64,000 nt of DNA. Origin: Paragordius varius (lineage: Eukaryota > Animalia > Nematomorpha). The notes beneath the pieces were generated by a model, which saw only the letters and a list, made by a program, of their open reading frames with translations, ran no database searches and was not told the DNA's origin. The DNA is taken from assembly GCA_964247055.1 (NCBI GenBank), contig OZ176056.1, positions 5,270,001 through 5,334,000 of the forward strand, given 5' to 3'. Below, piece by piece: positions 1-13,098 of the stretch; the stretch's first letter is position 1; each line of letters opens with the position of its first letter. The position numbers and the translations under genes are program-made.

Positions 1-1034
1 TTTTTTATAAAATTATTAAAATATTTTATTTATTTACTGACAAAATTCATTTTTGAGATCTCAATATTCATATTATATAACTTGCATAAGGTAAATTAAT
101 TAAATAGTATTTGTATATTTGACATCTGGTTTAAGAGTGTATAATAAATATACTATTGTCTTTTGAAATACATGATCATCAATTATATTAAAATACAAAA
201 CAGAAGTAAAGATGTACTATCCAACAATCCTCACTCAAAGTGACAAGTTTGTTTAAAATGATATTTAGATTTGGATATATACGGAATATTAATTGATATC
301 CAGTACTTGTAAATCCTAGTTTGTATTTATTTTACTTTGTAAATTCTCGCTCATGAAAGATTCCAAAAAGCAACAGTTATATCACTCATAAACCAGATGA
401 AAAACAGTTAAAAAAATATACAATATTATATTAATCTTATATTGGTTAATATTACCTATCTTTACTGTATAAAATATGTTAAAATTTAAAGAGTGAGTTT
501 AGCAAGAAAAATGATTCTAATAAAGTTTTATAACAATTGTTTATTTATTAAGTATGTAAAAACACGATTTTTGTAATGTGTTCTCTAATATATATTATAA
601 TAATTCTTAATATCTCAAGTTTTATCATAAATCTTTAAGTAGCATTATTTTTCACTTTTTGTCCAATTTTAATTTTCTATTAATACTTCAAAAACTAGGT
701 ATCTGGCAATAAATTTTATTATCTTTTGAAAATATTGGTTAAAATAACCCTCTTTTTTACACACAATGTAATATTTTTTCTTAACTAATTTATTATATAA
801 ACTCTAAAGTAACCATCTCAAAAATATTATTATATAATATGTGGTGACCATAAATTATTACATATTTCCAGATTGTATATCATAATTTTGTGTTTAAAAT
901 AAAAATCGCATTTAAAAGATAAAATTTGAAGCTATTTTAAATTATTTAGGTATGGTAATCATGTATCAGATATTACATCAAAATAAATTTAATTCAAAAA
1001 AATGATTAATATTTCATTATCCGAAACTTCTCAA

Positions 1035-2005
1035 AATTCAAATATAAAGTAGCCTACTAAACATTATGAGTTTAGAGCTGCACCGCTAATGATTCCTACA
1101 AATTTTAACATAATTAATGCGCCGTCAAAATTCAATGTGTAATTTGGCGATATAAAAGTTTCTAAGTATTATTTAATATAGAATGTTTTTTGAATTTAAA
1201 ATATATTAGATAAAAGTAGTGCCTCCACATATCTCTAATGATAAATAGTAAAAACTCTACGCCTAATACACTGTAATTATTGATGATTTTAGTTGCAATC
1301 CTTTTTTTAAAGAAAATTTGTTAAAAGATCATGGCAAATAAATCAATTAAAAAAACTAACCAATGATAGTATTTGATTTTCCACTTTCTCTAGATTCCAT
1401 CCCAGATCCGTTTGTTACTTCTGAAGATTCTAAAATACATAATATATAATTAATATTCATAAATTAAATTATAAAATCGGTGATTAATGTGGTTTTTATA
1501 ATTTTCATACAACATATGAGATCTCTCAATTGGAAAATATAGAACAACTCAAAATAATTTTTGGTAATCGGCTATTGTTGAGAATATTTTGTATAACCTT
1601 TCAGAACAAGTAAGTAAAGTGTGTGAACAATCAGATTTTTTTTGAAAATAATCCAAATTTGAAAAAAAAATTAATAAATTGGCTACTTTTGTTGAAAAAG
1701 CTTTCATATATATATATATATATGAAGTAAAGTGTAATGATCCATCAGATTGAAATAATAAAAAATATTATAATCAAATTTTATATTTTAATATAATTAA
1801 ACTTTCATCAAAATATAATTATATGAAGTAAAATTTAAAAGTCATTTTTTATATTCAAGCAAACTTTACAATTGATGGTTATAATCAATTTTTTGAAAGA
1901 GAATCTTATGTTATTTGTTTTATAAACGGTGTTTGACATTATTGTCATCTAAGTTTACTGTAAAATTAATTTTTTGGATTTGGACACTACTGCTCTTATT
2001 TTGCT
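1035..2005 (+). pseudogene. Tandem ~2.4-kb unit, copy 1 (partial), decayed unknown ORF
   Basis: Shares landmarks CCGCTAATGAT, TTAGTTGCAATCC, CCATCCCAGATCC, CCATCAGATTGAAAT with the other copies. Confidence 0.55.
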
Positions 2006-2009
2006 ATTA

Positions 2010-4140
2010 TGGTTTTTTATTGATTGAGAAAATTCTTGTTAAGGGAGAATGTTATGGATAAATTGATTAAACTGTTTGTTCGGGAAAACGTTTTGATTGA
2101 CTGAAAAAAAGTTTTGTTTGATTGGAAAAACTTTCGATTCATTATGATCATTAAACACATATATAAATAACAGTATGATTACATATTTTTTTCAAGCCAA
2201 CATTAATTTTTACCATTATATTTGGGGGTCGGCTATTCAAGACATATATAAATATCTATTTGCAGATATATATTACAGGAGAATAATAACCCTGACTTAT
2301 GGTGTAATATTTTTTTTGGGTTTAGAGCAAATGTTTTGAAACAAATTACTTCTCGAGCTACATTTCAAGATCAAATGCACATTCGGAAAATTGTTTTTAA
2401 CATTATGACTGTAAAACTACTATTTAACTGCACAATTATGTTAGTTATTGCCAAAACTCCGAAATTGGAAAATTTGTTTTAGAGAAGCAATATTATTTGA
2501 TTTCATCAAGACTATAGAAATGGTTAGTGGACCGCATGCGGATGATATCGTTTTTAACACCCCTGTTTAGAGCACTACCTTAATTGTGATACCATGCATT
2601 AAAATAATATCCCCATAAATGTGAAAATAAATTTAAAAGATAACTTAAAAAAAGTTATTTTTACATTAAAATATATTAAAAAACCACTGAAAAAAAATTA
2701 AAACTTTTTTTCATTATGTAAAATATATAATCTATATATTCTAGAGTTATGGAATTCGAGCTCACCACTAAATTCACTCTTATTTTCTTTTGACACTAAT
2801 TTTATTTTAAATAAGGTCTTAAATTTATACAATTATATTTATGAAATATGTCAATATGAGGTTTCAATTTTTCTGTAGGACGCCCCCTGCCTCTAAGTAT
2901 ACATTTAAGCAATTGCGCATTATTAAGATAAATAGGCCGTTAAATATTCTTGTATATTTTGATTACTTTTTGATCAAAACACCGAATACGGCATGTTAAA
3001 ATTTTAAAAGAAAATAATTAAAGACAAAACATAAAAATTTGTTACATAAAAACCAATTTGTATAAATATCCTTTTACGATAAATAAATATATAGCCTACT
3101 AAAATTTTTCAATATAGTGCCATACCGCTAATGATTCATACGAATTTTAAATTATTGCGCTATCATTAATCAAATATGTATTTTGGCGAATAACTCCTTA
3201 AAAACTCTAAAGTATTAGTTAACTTACAATGTGTTGAATTCAATTTATATTAAGTAAATTTAGTGCCTTAACATATCTCAAATCATAAATAGTGACCTCT
3301 AAGTCACTGTAATAACTGATGATTTTAGTTGCAATCCTTTTTTAGAGAAAATTTATTAAAAAATCTTGGCAAAAAATTAATTTATAAAATATATACTAGA
3401 CATAGTATTTGATTTTCCACTGTTTTTAGCTTCCATCCCAGATCCATCATTTGTAAATTCTGGAGATTTTAAAATACATAATATATAATTAATATATCCA
3501 AGTTAAATTATATTGCTAAATCGGTCATAAATGTAGTTTTTATAATTTCCATACAACCCACTAAATCTCTTAATCGGAATATATAATTACTCAAAATGAT
3601 TTTTATTAGGGTATTTTTGACAAATATTTTCGTATTAGCTTTTACAGCAAGCAGCTAAGTGTATTAATCAGATGTTTTTGAAATAATTCATATTTTCAAA
3701 TTTAATAATTTTACTTTTGTTGAAAAAGCTTTCATATATATAAAGTAAAGTGTAATAATCCATCAGATTAAAATAATTAAAAATTATATATAAAATTTAA
3801 TATTTTAAATATTATTAGACTTTCATCAAAATTCAATTAGTTTAAAGTATAATTTAAAAGTCATTTTTCAAATTGCATTGCGTCGTCGGAGTCTAATGTA
3901 TATTTGCAAAATTTATTATACATAACAGATTAGTTACATTTTTCATTTAATAAGCAAACTTTACAATTGGGGGTTTTAAATAATCAATCCTTATAGAGGG
4001 AGTTTTATGTTATTTGTTCTATAAGAGGTGACTATATCTAAGTTTACTGTAAAATTAACTTGTTGGAATTGGGCACCATTGCCCTTAATTTGGTATTATG
4101 TTGCATTTCAGAATAATATCACCATAATAAGATAATCTAT
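2010..4140 (+). pseudogene. Tandem unit copy 2
   Basis: Full landmark series in the same order. Confidence 0.55.
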
Positions 4141-4144
4141 GGAT

Positions 4145-6075
4145 TTATAAAAATGAAAAGTGGTGGCTTTGTGATCTGTTTCCGAAAACCGGTAGACCCA
4201 TTCAAATCCAAATATCGAAAAAATATAATCATTATTTTTGAATTAGGCCCCCAGTTCGGGACCACCCCGTTTAAAAAACGGTTTTGAAAACAGAAGTCCA
4301 CAAAAATAATTTTTTGAATCTATTTTTCGCTCAAGGTATAAGAGCGTAAAAATTCAATAAGGATTCTAGCTATTCCCTGTTAAAAAGCAAAAATTTTAGT
4401 CGAGCGTTTTTTATATTTTGGCTGCCGAGTAAAGACCGGTAAAAACTGACCCGTCATATCAAAATAGCATGCCTTTGTGGCTAAATTTAAGAAAACCTAT
4501 CAGGCCATATGAATTCAATAGCAACTTAATTATTACCCGTAACAAGGCAAAAACTTAGGTGGTACGACTCTTTAAATCTGTCCTTAATTAGGCCGTCCAC
4601 GCCCTGAAATATGCCACCATAGAATGATTTTTTAATTTTGAGGCAAGATCCCAAAAACAATGAGAGACTACGGAATCAACCATGATTCCAGGTGTTCTCC
4701 GTAAAAAGGCAAAAATTTTAATCAAGCGCTTTTTTCTTACCAGTCTCTTGGTAGGGAACTACCCGCCTACAACTGCGCTACCATATCAAAATTGCGTTGT
4801 TTTGAAGTTATTCAGAAAACTTTCAGGCCATATAAATTTTATAAGGGCCGTCTGAAATATTACCCGTAAAAAGGCAAAAATTTAAGTAGCGCGGATTTAT
4901 TAAATTAGCGGTTAAATAGGCCCTTTACGGCCTAAAAAATGCGCTATCATTGAAGTATTATTTAGTTTTGAAGCCATTCTTCAATAAACTATTAAGAGCA
5001 TATGGAATGAATGATGATTCAAGGTATTCCCATATAGAGGCCGAAAATATTATCGAACGTCTTTTTTATATTAGCCTCTGAGTAGGGAGGTACCAGCCTA
5101 AAAGTACCCCACCATATCAAAATTGCGTTGTTTAGGAATTAATGTTCAGAAATCAGGCCATATTTATAAGGGCCTGAAATAATACCCGTAAAAAGGCAAA
5201 AACTTGAGTCGGGCGGATTTTTTAGCAAATAGGCTCTGGGTAGGGGGGTACCCGCGTATAAATGCATCATTATATCGATACAGTATGCCTTTGGAGTCAA
5301 ATTTTAGAAAAGATATAAGACTATGTGAGTACAAGGACCTAAAATATTTATTACACCTTAAAATAAATATTTTAGTATAGGAGGTTATTTCAATGAGTCG
5401 CTAAAAAAATTGCGCCCTAAAATATTCGCCGCCATAGAACATTTTTTTGGTTTTTAAGCATTATTACCAGGAACTTATAGGAACATATGGACATTATAAT
5501 TCCAGATACTCCCCATATAAAAACAAAATTTTGCCCTACGCTTTTTTTATACCTGCCTCTGGGTAAGATGCTACCCGCCAAAAACTGCGCCACTATATAT
5601 AAATTGCGTTCTTTTGGAACTAAATTAAAGAAAGCTTAAGCCATATGAGCTCATTTATAGTTGGGAACAATACCCGTAACTAGTTAAAAATTAAGGTCAG
5701 GCCCTTTTTTGTTAACCATTAATTTGGGGCCTTTATTCGCTAAAATTACGCCATCATATAACGATTATTTTGAGGTATTTTTTCGAGTAATCATGAGAAA
5801 ATGGTCTTAAAACTGATACCAAATATTTTCCCTATAAAGGAAAAAAATTTAACTTAGCGCTATTTCCATATAGGCCTATGGGTAGGGGTCTCCCGGGGAA
5901 AAACTGAGACGCCATACAAAAATGGCGTGGCTTGGGAGCTAATTTTCAAAAATAATAAGAAGCCATAGAGTTCAAAAAAGGCTCTAAATATTACCCATAA
6001 AAAGGTAAAATTTATAGCGGTTATTCCGTTAACCGTCAATTTGGGGCCTTTAATCCAGTAAACACTATAGTAATG
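4145..6075 (+). repeat. Repeat element: ~200-bp head plus about 11 diverged ~161-bp tandem units (alternating A/B)
   Basis: Motif ACCCGTAAAAAGGCAAAAATTT recurs near 4376, 4535, 4698, 4861, 5027, 5184, 5353, 5511, 5671, 5831, 5992; TCAGGCCATAT-like motif about every second unit. Confidence 0.8.
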
Positions 6076-6149
6076 CACCGTTTGGAAAATCCTATGACAT
6101 CATAGCTATTAAATAATGTTTCGTAATTATCCACATATATGGATCATTT

Positions 6150-8830
6150 TATTGTCCCTATTTTCAAATAACCTTTATTATAGCCTCATAATCATTAAAC
6201 GCTATTTTCCTCTTGTTATATAAATCCAAAAAGCGTTTTTATTGATTAAGAAAATATTTGGCTTGTTTAGGCAAAATGTTATTTATATGGGAAATTTAAT
6301 CAAACTGTTTCGACTGCTTGGGAAAACGTTTTGATTGACTGAAACTGATTGGAAAAATTCGATTCAATATGATTGTTAAACAACATATATAAACAACAGT
6401 ATGATTCCACATTTATTTCAAGCCAACAACTAAACATTACATTATATTTTATGGTTCGACTATTCAAAACTTATATATATCTATTTCCAGATATACAATA
6501 CAGGAGAATAGTAAACTTGACTTACGGTGTAATTAATTTTTTGGGTTAAGAGCAGCTGTATTTAACAGAAATGGCATCGCGCATTTTAGGATTAACAAAT
6601 CCGAATGATTACATTCGCCAAATTGAGCAAAAACATTTTATTGAATTTTTAACATTATGACTGCAAAAACTACTATTTAACTACACAACGATGTTACTAT
6701 TTATCAAAATTTCGAAATCGGAAAATTTTATTAGAGAAGCAATATTCTTTGATTGCATCAAGGCTACAGAAATGGTTAGGGAATAGCATGCGGACGATGG
6801 ACTGGGTTTTTAATATCCCTATGTAAAGCACTACCTGGATATTGAACCATTTATAATAATATAAAAAATTTAAAAAATATCTTTTAGAAAAATAGCTCTT
6901 TTTACATTGATATACATTAATAAACCATTGATAAAACATTATAACATTTTGTCATCAAGTAATATATATAATCTACCAGTTGCAGTGCTATGGTTTTCAG
7001 GCTCACCACTGGATTCTCTATTATTTTCTTTTGACACTAAAGTAATTATTTTTAAATGAAGTGTTGAATCAATATATACCATTTATTCAAACCTTGAATT
7101 ATAAATTTTCCTTTAAGCAACAATTTATTCTCAAACAATCAAATTCACCAGCAACAAATATTATAAATAAATTATTTTTCGGGCTATGCCTCATCATTAA
7201 TATGAATAATATCTTTATGGCTTAGTTTATTAATTTATCCTACTATGTTAATTATAAACAAAATTTCCTTTTTTAAAAATATAAAATAATTAGGTAATTA
7301 AACTTTAAAAGATGATTTATTTTAGGGCGAATTGAATTGTTTGAAGATGAATTTGAATGTATAACCTGCCTCTAGGTATTCAACTAAGCAATTACGCATA
7401 TTTAAGATAGGTGGTTGAATATTTTTGTATATTTGTATACTTCTTGATAAGAAAACACCAATTCGGCATGTTAAAATTTAAGAAGAAAATAATTTGACAA
7501 AACATAAAAATTTGTAATATCCTTTTATGATAAAATTAATATAAAATAGTTTACAAAAATTTTTTCAATATAGTGCCACACCGCTAATGATTCATACGAA
7601 TTTGACACTATTGAGCCATCATTAATCAAATATTTTGGCGAATAACTCCTTAAAAAACTCTAAAGTATTAGTTAACTTAGAATGTGTTTAAAATAATATA
7701 TATTAATTAAATTTAGTGCCTCAACATATCTCAAATTATAAATAGTGACCTCTAAGTCACTGTATTACTAATGATTTTAGTTGCAATCTTTTTTTTAAAG
7801 AGAATTTGTTATGAAAGATCTTGGAAAAAAAATTAATTAAAAAACTATATACCAGACATAGTTTTTGATTTTCCACTTTCTTTAGCTTCCATTCCAGATC
7901 CAACATTTGTTACTTCTGGAGATTTTAAAATAGATAATATATAATTAATACATCTAAGTTAAATTATATTGCTAAATAGGTGAATAATGTAGCTTTTATA
8001 ATTTCATACCCACTATATCTCTCAATCGGAAAATATATAATAACTCAAAATGATATTAGCCAGCTATTTTTGACGAGTAATTCCGTATTAGCATTTACCG
8101 CAAGCAAGTAAGTGTGTACACAATTAGATATTTTTGAAATAATTCATATTTTCAAATTTACTAATTTGGCTACTTTTGTTGAAAAAGGTTTCATATAATA
8201 TTTAATTAAGTGTAATAATCCATCAGATTGAAATAATTAAAAATTATATATAAAATTTAATATTTTAAAAATAATTAGTCTTTATTTAATTATTAGAAGT
8301 ATAATTTAAAAGTCATTTTTGACATTGGCGTCGTCGGCTGTAAATATAATTTGAAAATTTATATTACATAACTGGTTAATTACAAATTTCACTTAAGCAG
8401 CCCTTTACATTTGGGGGTTTAATATAATCAATCCTTATAAAGAGTCCATTGTTATTTGTTTTATAAAAGACTTTAACGTTCTTGTCATCTAAGATTACTG
8501 TAAAATTAATTTTTGGATTTGGGCACCATTGCTCTTATTTTGCACTTTAGGATAATATCACATAAATATGATAATGTATAAATAAAATATTTATTAGACA
8601 TTGATACTCAAAATTATATTAAACCAAATATTAGAAATATAACTTTTTGCTATTATAGGAAAAAAAATATACCAATTGGATTAGTGTTATTGTTAGCGAG
8701 CACATTGTCTATGTTTCCTTTGAAATCTTAAATAATATTTAGATTATTTAATAATTTACATTTTATATTAATATCACATCATAAATAAAAAGCAAGGTCC
8801 AATTTTTGGAAGAATCAAAAATTATTCTCT
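6150..8830 (+). pseudogene. Tandem unit copy 3 (contains MITE 7075-7363)
   Basis: Long frame LFPDIQYRRIVNLTYGV...FIREAIFFDCIKATEMV...YNLPVAVLWFSGSPLDSLLFSFDTK; later YIPDIVFDFPLSLASIPDPTFVTSGDFKI. Confidence 0.6.
7075..7363. mobile_element. MITE, same family, inserted into tandem-unit copy 3
   Basis: TATACCATTT start, TAGGGCGAATTGAATTGTTTGAAGATGAATTTGAATG end; absent from the other unit copies. Confidence 0.6.
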
Positions 8831-10670
8831 TAAAGCCACACAATCATTAAAATCTACATGTTTAAATCTGTAAAAGCGTTTTTATTGATTGAGAATATTC
8901 TTATTTAGGGAGAATGTTATAGATAAATTGATTAAATTGTTTGTTCGGAAAAACGTTTTGATTGACTGAAAAAACGTTTTGTTTGATTGGAAAAACTTTC
9001 GATTCAATATCATTGTTAAACAACATATATAAATAACAGTATGATTATGTATTTATTTCAAGCCAACAACTAAACTTTACAATTATATTTGGGGGTCGAC
9101 TATTCAAGACTTATATATATAACTATTTCCAGATATATAATACAGGAGAATAATAACCCTGACTTATGGTGTAATTTATTTTTTTGGGTTCAGAGCAAAT
9201 GTTTTGAAACAAATCACTTCTCGAGCTACATTTTAGGATCTATAAATCCGAAGAGCCACATTAGGAAAATTGAGCACTAACATTTTATTTATTTTTTAAC
9301 ATTATGACTGTAAAATTGACTACACAATGATGTTAGATTTTGCCAAAATTCCGAAATCGAAAAATTTGTTTTAGAGAAGCAATATTATTTGATTGCATCA
9401 AGGCTATAGAAATGGTTAGGGGACCGAATGCGGATAATAGGCCGCGTTTTTAACACTCCTGTGTAGAGCACTACCTTAATTTTGATACCATGCATTAAAA
9501 TAATATCACCAAAAATGTGAAAATAAATTTAAAAAAATAATTTTTACCTTAAAATTTATGAATAAACCATTGATAAAAAATTAAAATATCTTGCCATTAT
9601 ATAATCTACCAGTTAGAGCGCTATAGTCTTCCAGCTCACCACTGGATTCACTCTTAATTTCTTTAAATTTATTTATTTATATTTATAAAATATATCAATA
9701 TGAGGTTTCAATTTTCTAGGATACCCCCTACCTCTAGGTATGCAATTAAGCAATTATGCATGATTGAGATAAATTGGCCGTTAAGTATTCTTGTATATTT
9801 TTTTGAACAAAACACCGAATTCGGCATGTTAAAATTGAAGAAAAAATTATTAAAGACAGATCACAATAATGTGTTACAAAAAACCAATTTGGTTAATTAT
9901 CCTTTCACGATAAAATTAATATTAAATAGCCTATTAAAATTTTTTCAATATAGTGCCACACCGCTAATGATCTATACGAATTTTGACATTATTGCGCCAT
10001 CAATAATCAAATATGTATTTTGGCAAATAACTCCTTAAAAAACTTTAGTTAACTTAGAATGTGTTGAATTTAATATATATATTAAGTAATTTATTGCCTC
10101 AACATATCTCAAATCATAAATAGCCTCTAAGTCACTGTAATTACTGATGATTTTAGTTGCAATCCTTTTTTTAAAGAGAATTTGTTATAAAAGATAAATA
10201 AATAAAAAACCATATACCAGACATAGTATTTGATTTTCCACTTTCTTTAGCTTCCATCCCAGATCCATCATTTGTTACTTCTGGAGATTTTAAAATACCT
10301 AATATATAATTAATATATCTAAGTTAAATTATATTGTTAAATCGGTCAAAAATATAGTTTTTATAATATTCATACAACCCACTATATCTCTCAATCGGAA
10401 AATATATAATAACTCAATATGAGATTAGCCGCTATTTTTGTAGAATAATTTGGTATTAGCTTTTACTACTAGCCAGTAAGTGTGTGAACAATCAGATGTT
10501 TATGAAATAATTCATATTTTTAAATTTAATAGATTAATTTTCATATAATATATAAGGTAAAGAGTAAATCCATCAGATTGAAATAATAAAAATATATAAA
10601 ATTTAATATTTTGAATATAATTAGTCTTTCATCAAAATTTAATTCCTGGATTAAAATTTAAAAGTCATTT
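8831..10670 (+). pseudogene. Tandem unit copy 4 (3' truncated)
   Basis: Includes ORFs 9089-9280 and 9700-10038 (MRFQFSRIPPTSRYAIKQL...SATPLMIYTNFDIIAPSIIKY). Confidence 0.6.
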
Positions 10671-11509
10671 TTATTTATATAGTTTAAATCTCGTTTTTTT
10701 GGAGGGATATATAGGTTCACGAAAAATAAATACGATTCAGTCTATTTATTGTATCATTCACGCACTTCTACGCTTAGCCTTAAATTAATTGACGTTAATA
10801 TTGTTGATTTTAAATTGTAACCACAGTTGATCAATTGATTACTCTTTAGAAATGTGGGAAAAAACTATATATAAATTTTTGAATAATGCCTATAAAGATG
10901 CATCCTGATAAAAAAAATTATTTTAGTAGAAATAAAATATGTGCTTTATGTTGCTTACGAGTTATTGATGGTTTTGTGATAATAAATACGCAAATTGCCA
11001 ATATATCCCCCATCAGATTGGCTTCATATTTATATTTAATTATAGGCTGCACATTATGTTTGCAATTAAATTTGGGTTTATTTATGTTATACTGGATAAT
11101 CATATTAAACAAAATGTGTAATCATTGGATCGAAATAGAAAGACATACTTTGTTTAAATATTCATTAGTAACTTTAGTAAAATACGGTATTTTAACGTAT
11201 ATTAGTAATTTTTGTCGCAAAATTTAAACTTTTATCCGTTTAATAAAAATGGATTAGTGCTTTTACTAACTCTTAAGAATGCGAATTTATTTAAAATTTG
11301 ATGCAACTTTTTTCGAAAAAAAATAATTTATTTGTCACAATTTGCTTATATCGACAATTTAATTAAATACAAAACCCAAGGCATAAGATATTCCTTTACC
11401 CTTATATATAACAGAAGGCCCTATCTATATTATTCATTATTACAACTACTTATGAATCTTTTACCTTTAACATGGCCGTGTGTATATAAATACATCTGCC
11501 AAGAACCGC

Positions 11510-11808
11510 GATACAATTTACACTTCAAATTCACCTCCGAGCAACTCAACTTCACCCTCAAACAATTCATTACCATCAAACAAATTTTATTCACCCTTGA
11601 AATATTTAACCTTAAAAAATAATGTGGTTTCACAATAATATAAATCATCAATAATATGAATTACTTTGAGGCACAGTTTATTATTTTTTAGTATCATGTT
11701 AATGAACTTTTTAAAATATAAAAATATATAGATAGTTTTTAACATTCAAAAACAAAATTTTTTTAGACTGAATTCGAATTGTTCAAGAGTGAAGCGGCAA
11801 ATGGTATA
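11510..11808. mobile_element. MITE, same family as 38205-38523
   Basis: ATTTACACTTCAAATTCACC...CAAATGGTATA; similar internal sequence. Confidence 0.65.
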
Positions 11809-13098
11809 TTTCAATTCAAAAAACATCAAGAAATTAAAAATTTAAATAAAAGCGCGGAATAATTTTTTTTAATTTTTTTAACGAGTTACTTGCACATAAT
11901 TGATAGCAACCAATATTAAATTAAGTATATTTACAATTTAATCCAATACTCCTGCAAAAATGGAATGTATGAAACATCGTATAATTTTATTCATTGTTAT
12001 TAAGTATATATATATTAACCTTGTGTTTGGCAAGCATGTATTGTCCAATAACATATTAAACATATCCGGAGAAAATTCATTATTAAGAAACGATATTATT
12101 ATAAGGTTTGTTGCAAAATAAAATAATATAAAAAAAATAATGGAGTGATCAAATATTTATTTTTATTCTTTCTCAGTTAATTGTACTAGACATATTCTTA
12201 GAAATTCAAATAGTGCGTAAATAGATAAATTCTTTAAAACTCAATTAATAAACACAGAGGCTTATAGTATGAAAATAACCAGGTAAGATTTTATTTTTCA
12301 ATTACCTTCAATTGTAAACCATTTACGTTATGTTAAATACAATCGAACATATAATTCTTCCTTTTTTACAATGTATATGGTTTTTCCCCAAAATTAAATG
12401 TATTTATTGAAGTACGTTAACCCAAACAATTTTTTGATTTATTAATTAGAAAATAAAACATCCCTATATTTAGCGTCTAGACTATCTGGGTGAAATAAAA
12501 TATATTGTATTTAGAAGTTACATCGCAACATAAGAAATTATTACAGATAAATAAATACTATAATCCATCCATCTAAAAAGATAATAACTCGTTTAAAATT
12601 TCTGGATGTAATTTAATTTAATAAATTTAGTGTCAAAATTTTAATTTTAATTAGTTAATATATTAGGATTTCAGACTAATTTTTGTTTATTCCGAAAGGA
12701 TTTGGCCCGCATTTTTACCTATGAAAACCTAAGGCAGCATATATAAATTACCATTTATGTTTTATATTTATAAATTTCAATACCCAAATGATGTGTACTT
12801 GAATAATTTTGAAAAGCCACAATAAATTGTTTTTCATATACCATAATTCTAACAATGATTCCAAGTCTTATTAGGTGGAATGTTGTAGCTTAACACATTG
12901 ATTTAAATTGGGGTATTTAAATACCCCAGACAATATTTATGGTAATATTTTAGAAAACTACAAAGGCATATGCTTCTATCCTAATATAAATTATATAAAA
13001 AGGCCAAATTATCCAAATAATATTTAGTTTTAAAAACTTTATTTCGCAACATTTTTGCATAATATTGTGTTTATATGATTTTAAGCCTAATATTAAGT

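Noticed and set aside
4376-6010. CRISPR-like repeat/spacer pattern in the 161-bp array
   Set aside because: The intervening sequences are homologous to each other, so it is a diverged satellite
8935-9005. Walker A (GKT) motif in the unit
   Set aside because: Lacks the upstream GxxG and arises from a short local duplication of AAAACGTTTTG
10217-10299. Minus-strand spliced-gene reading of the unit (exon GILKSPEVTNDGSGMEAKESGKSNTMS)
   Set aside because: This frame shares wobble positions with the + frame so it looks conserved; elsewhere it has a stop (TAA or TGA) where the + frame can be CAA, and splice sites are not kept in all copies. Disfavoured but not fully excluded
1035-10670. NUMT (mitochondrial insertion)
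   Set aside because: No recognisable cox, cob, nad, atp, rRNA or tRNA sequence
10886-11651. ORFs of 64-113 aa as genes
   Set aside because: AT-rich, overlapping on both strands, no motifs; part overlaps a MITE
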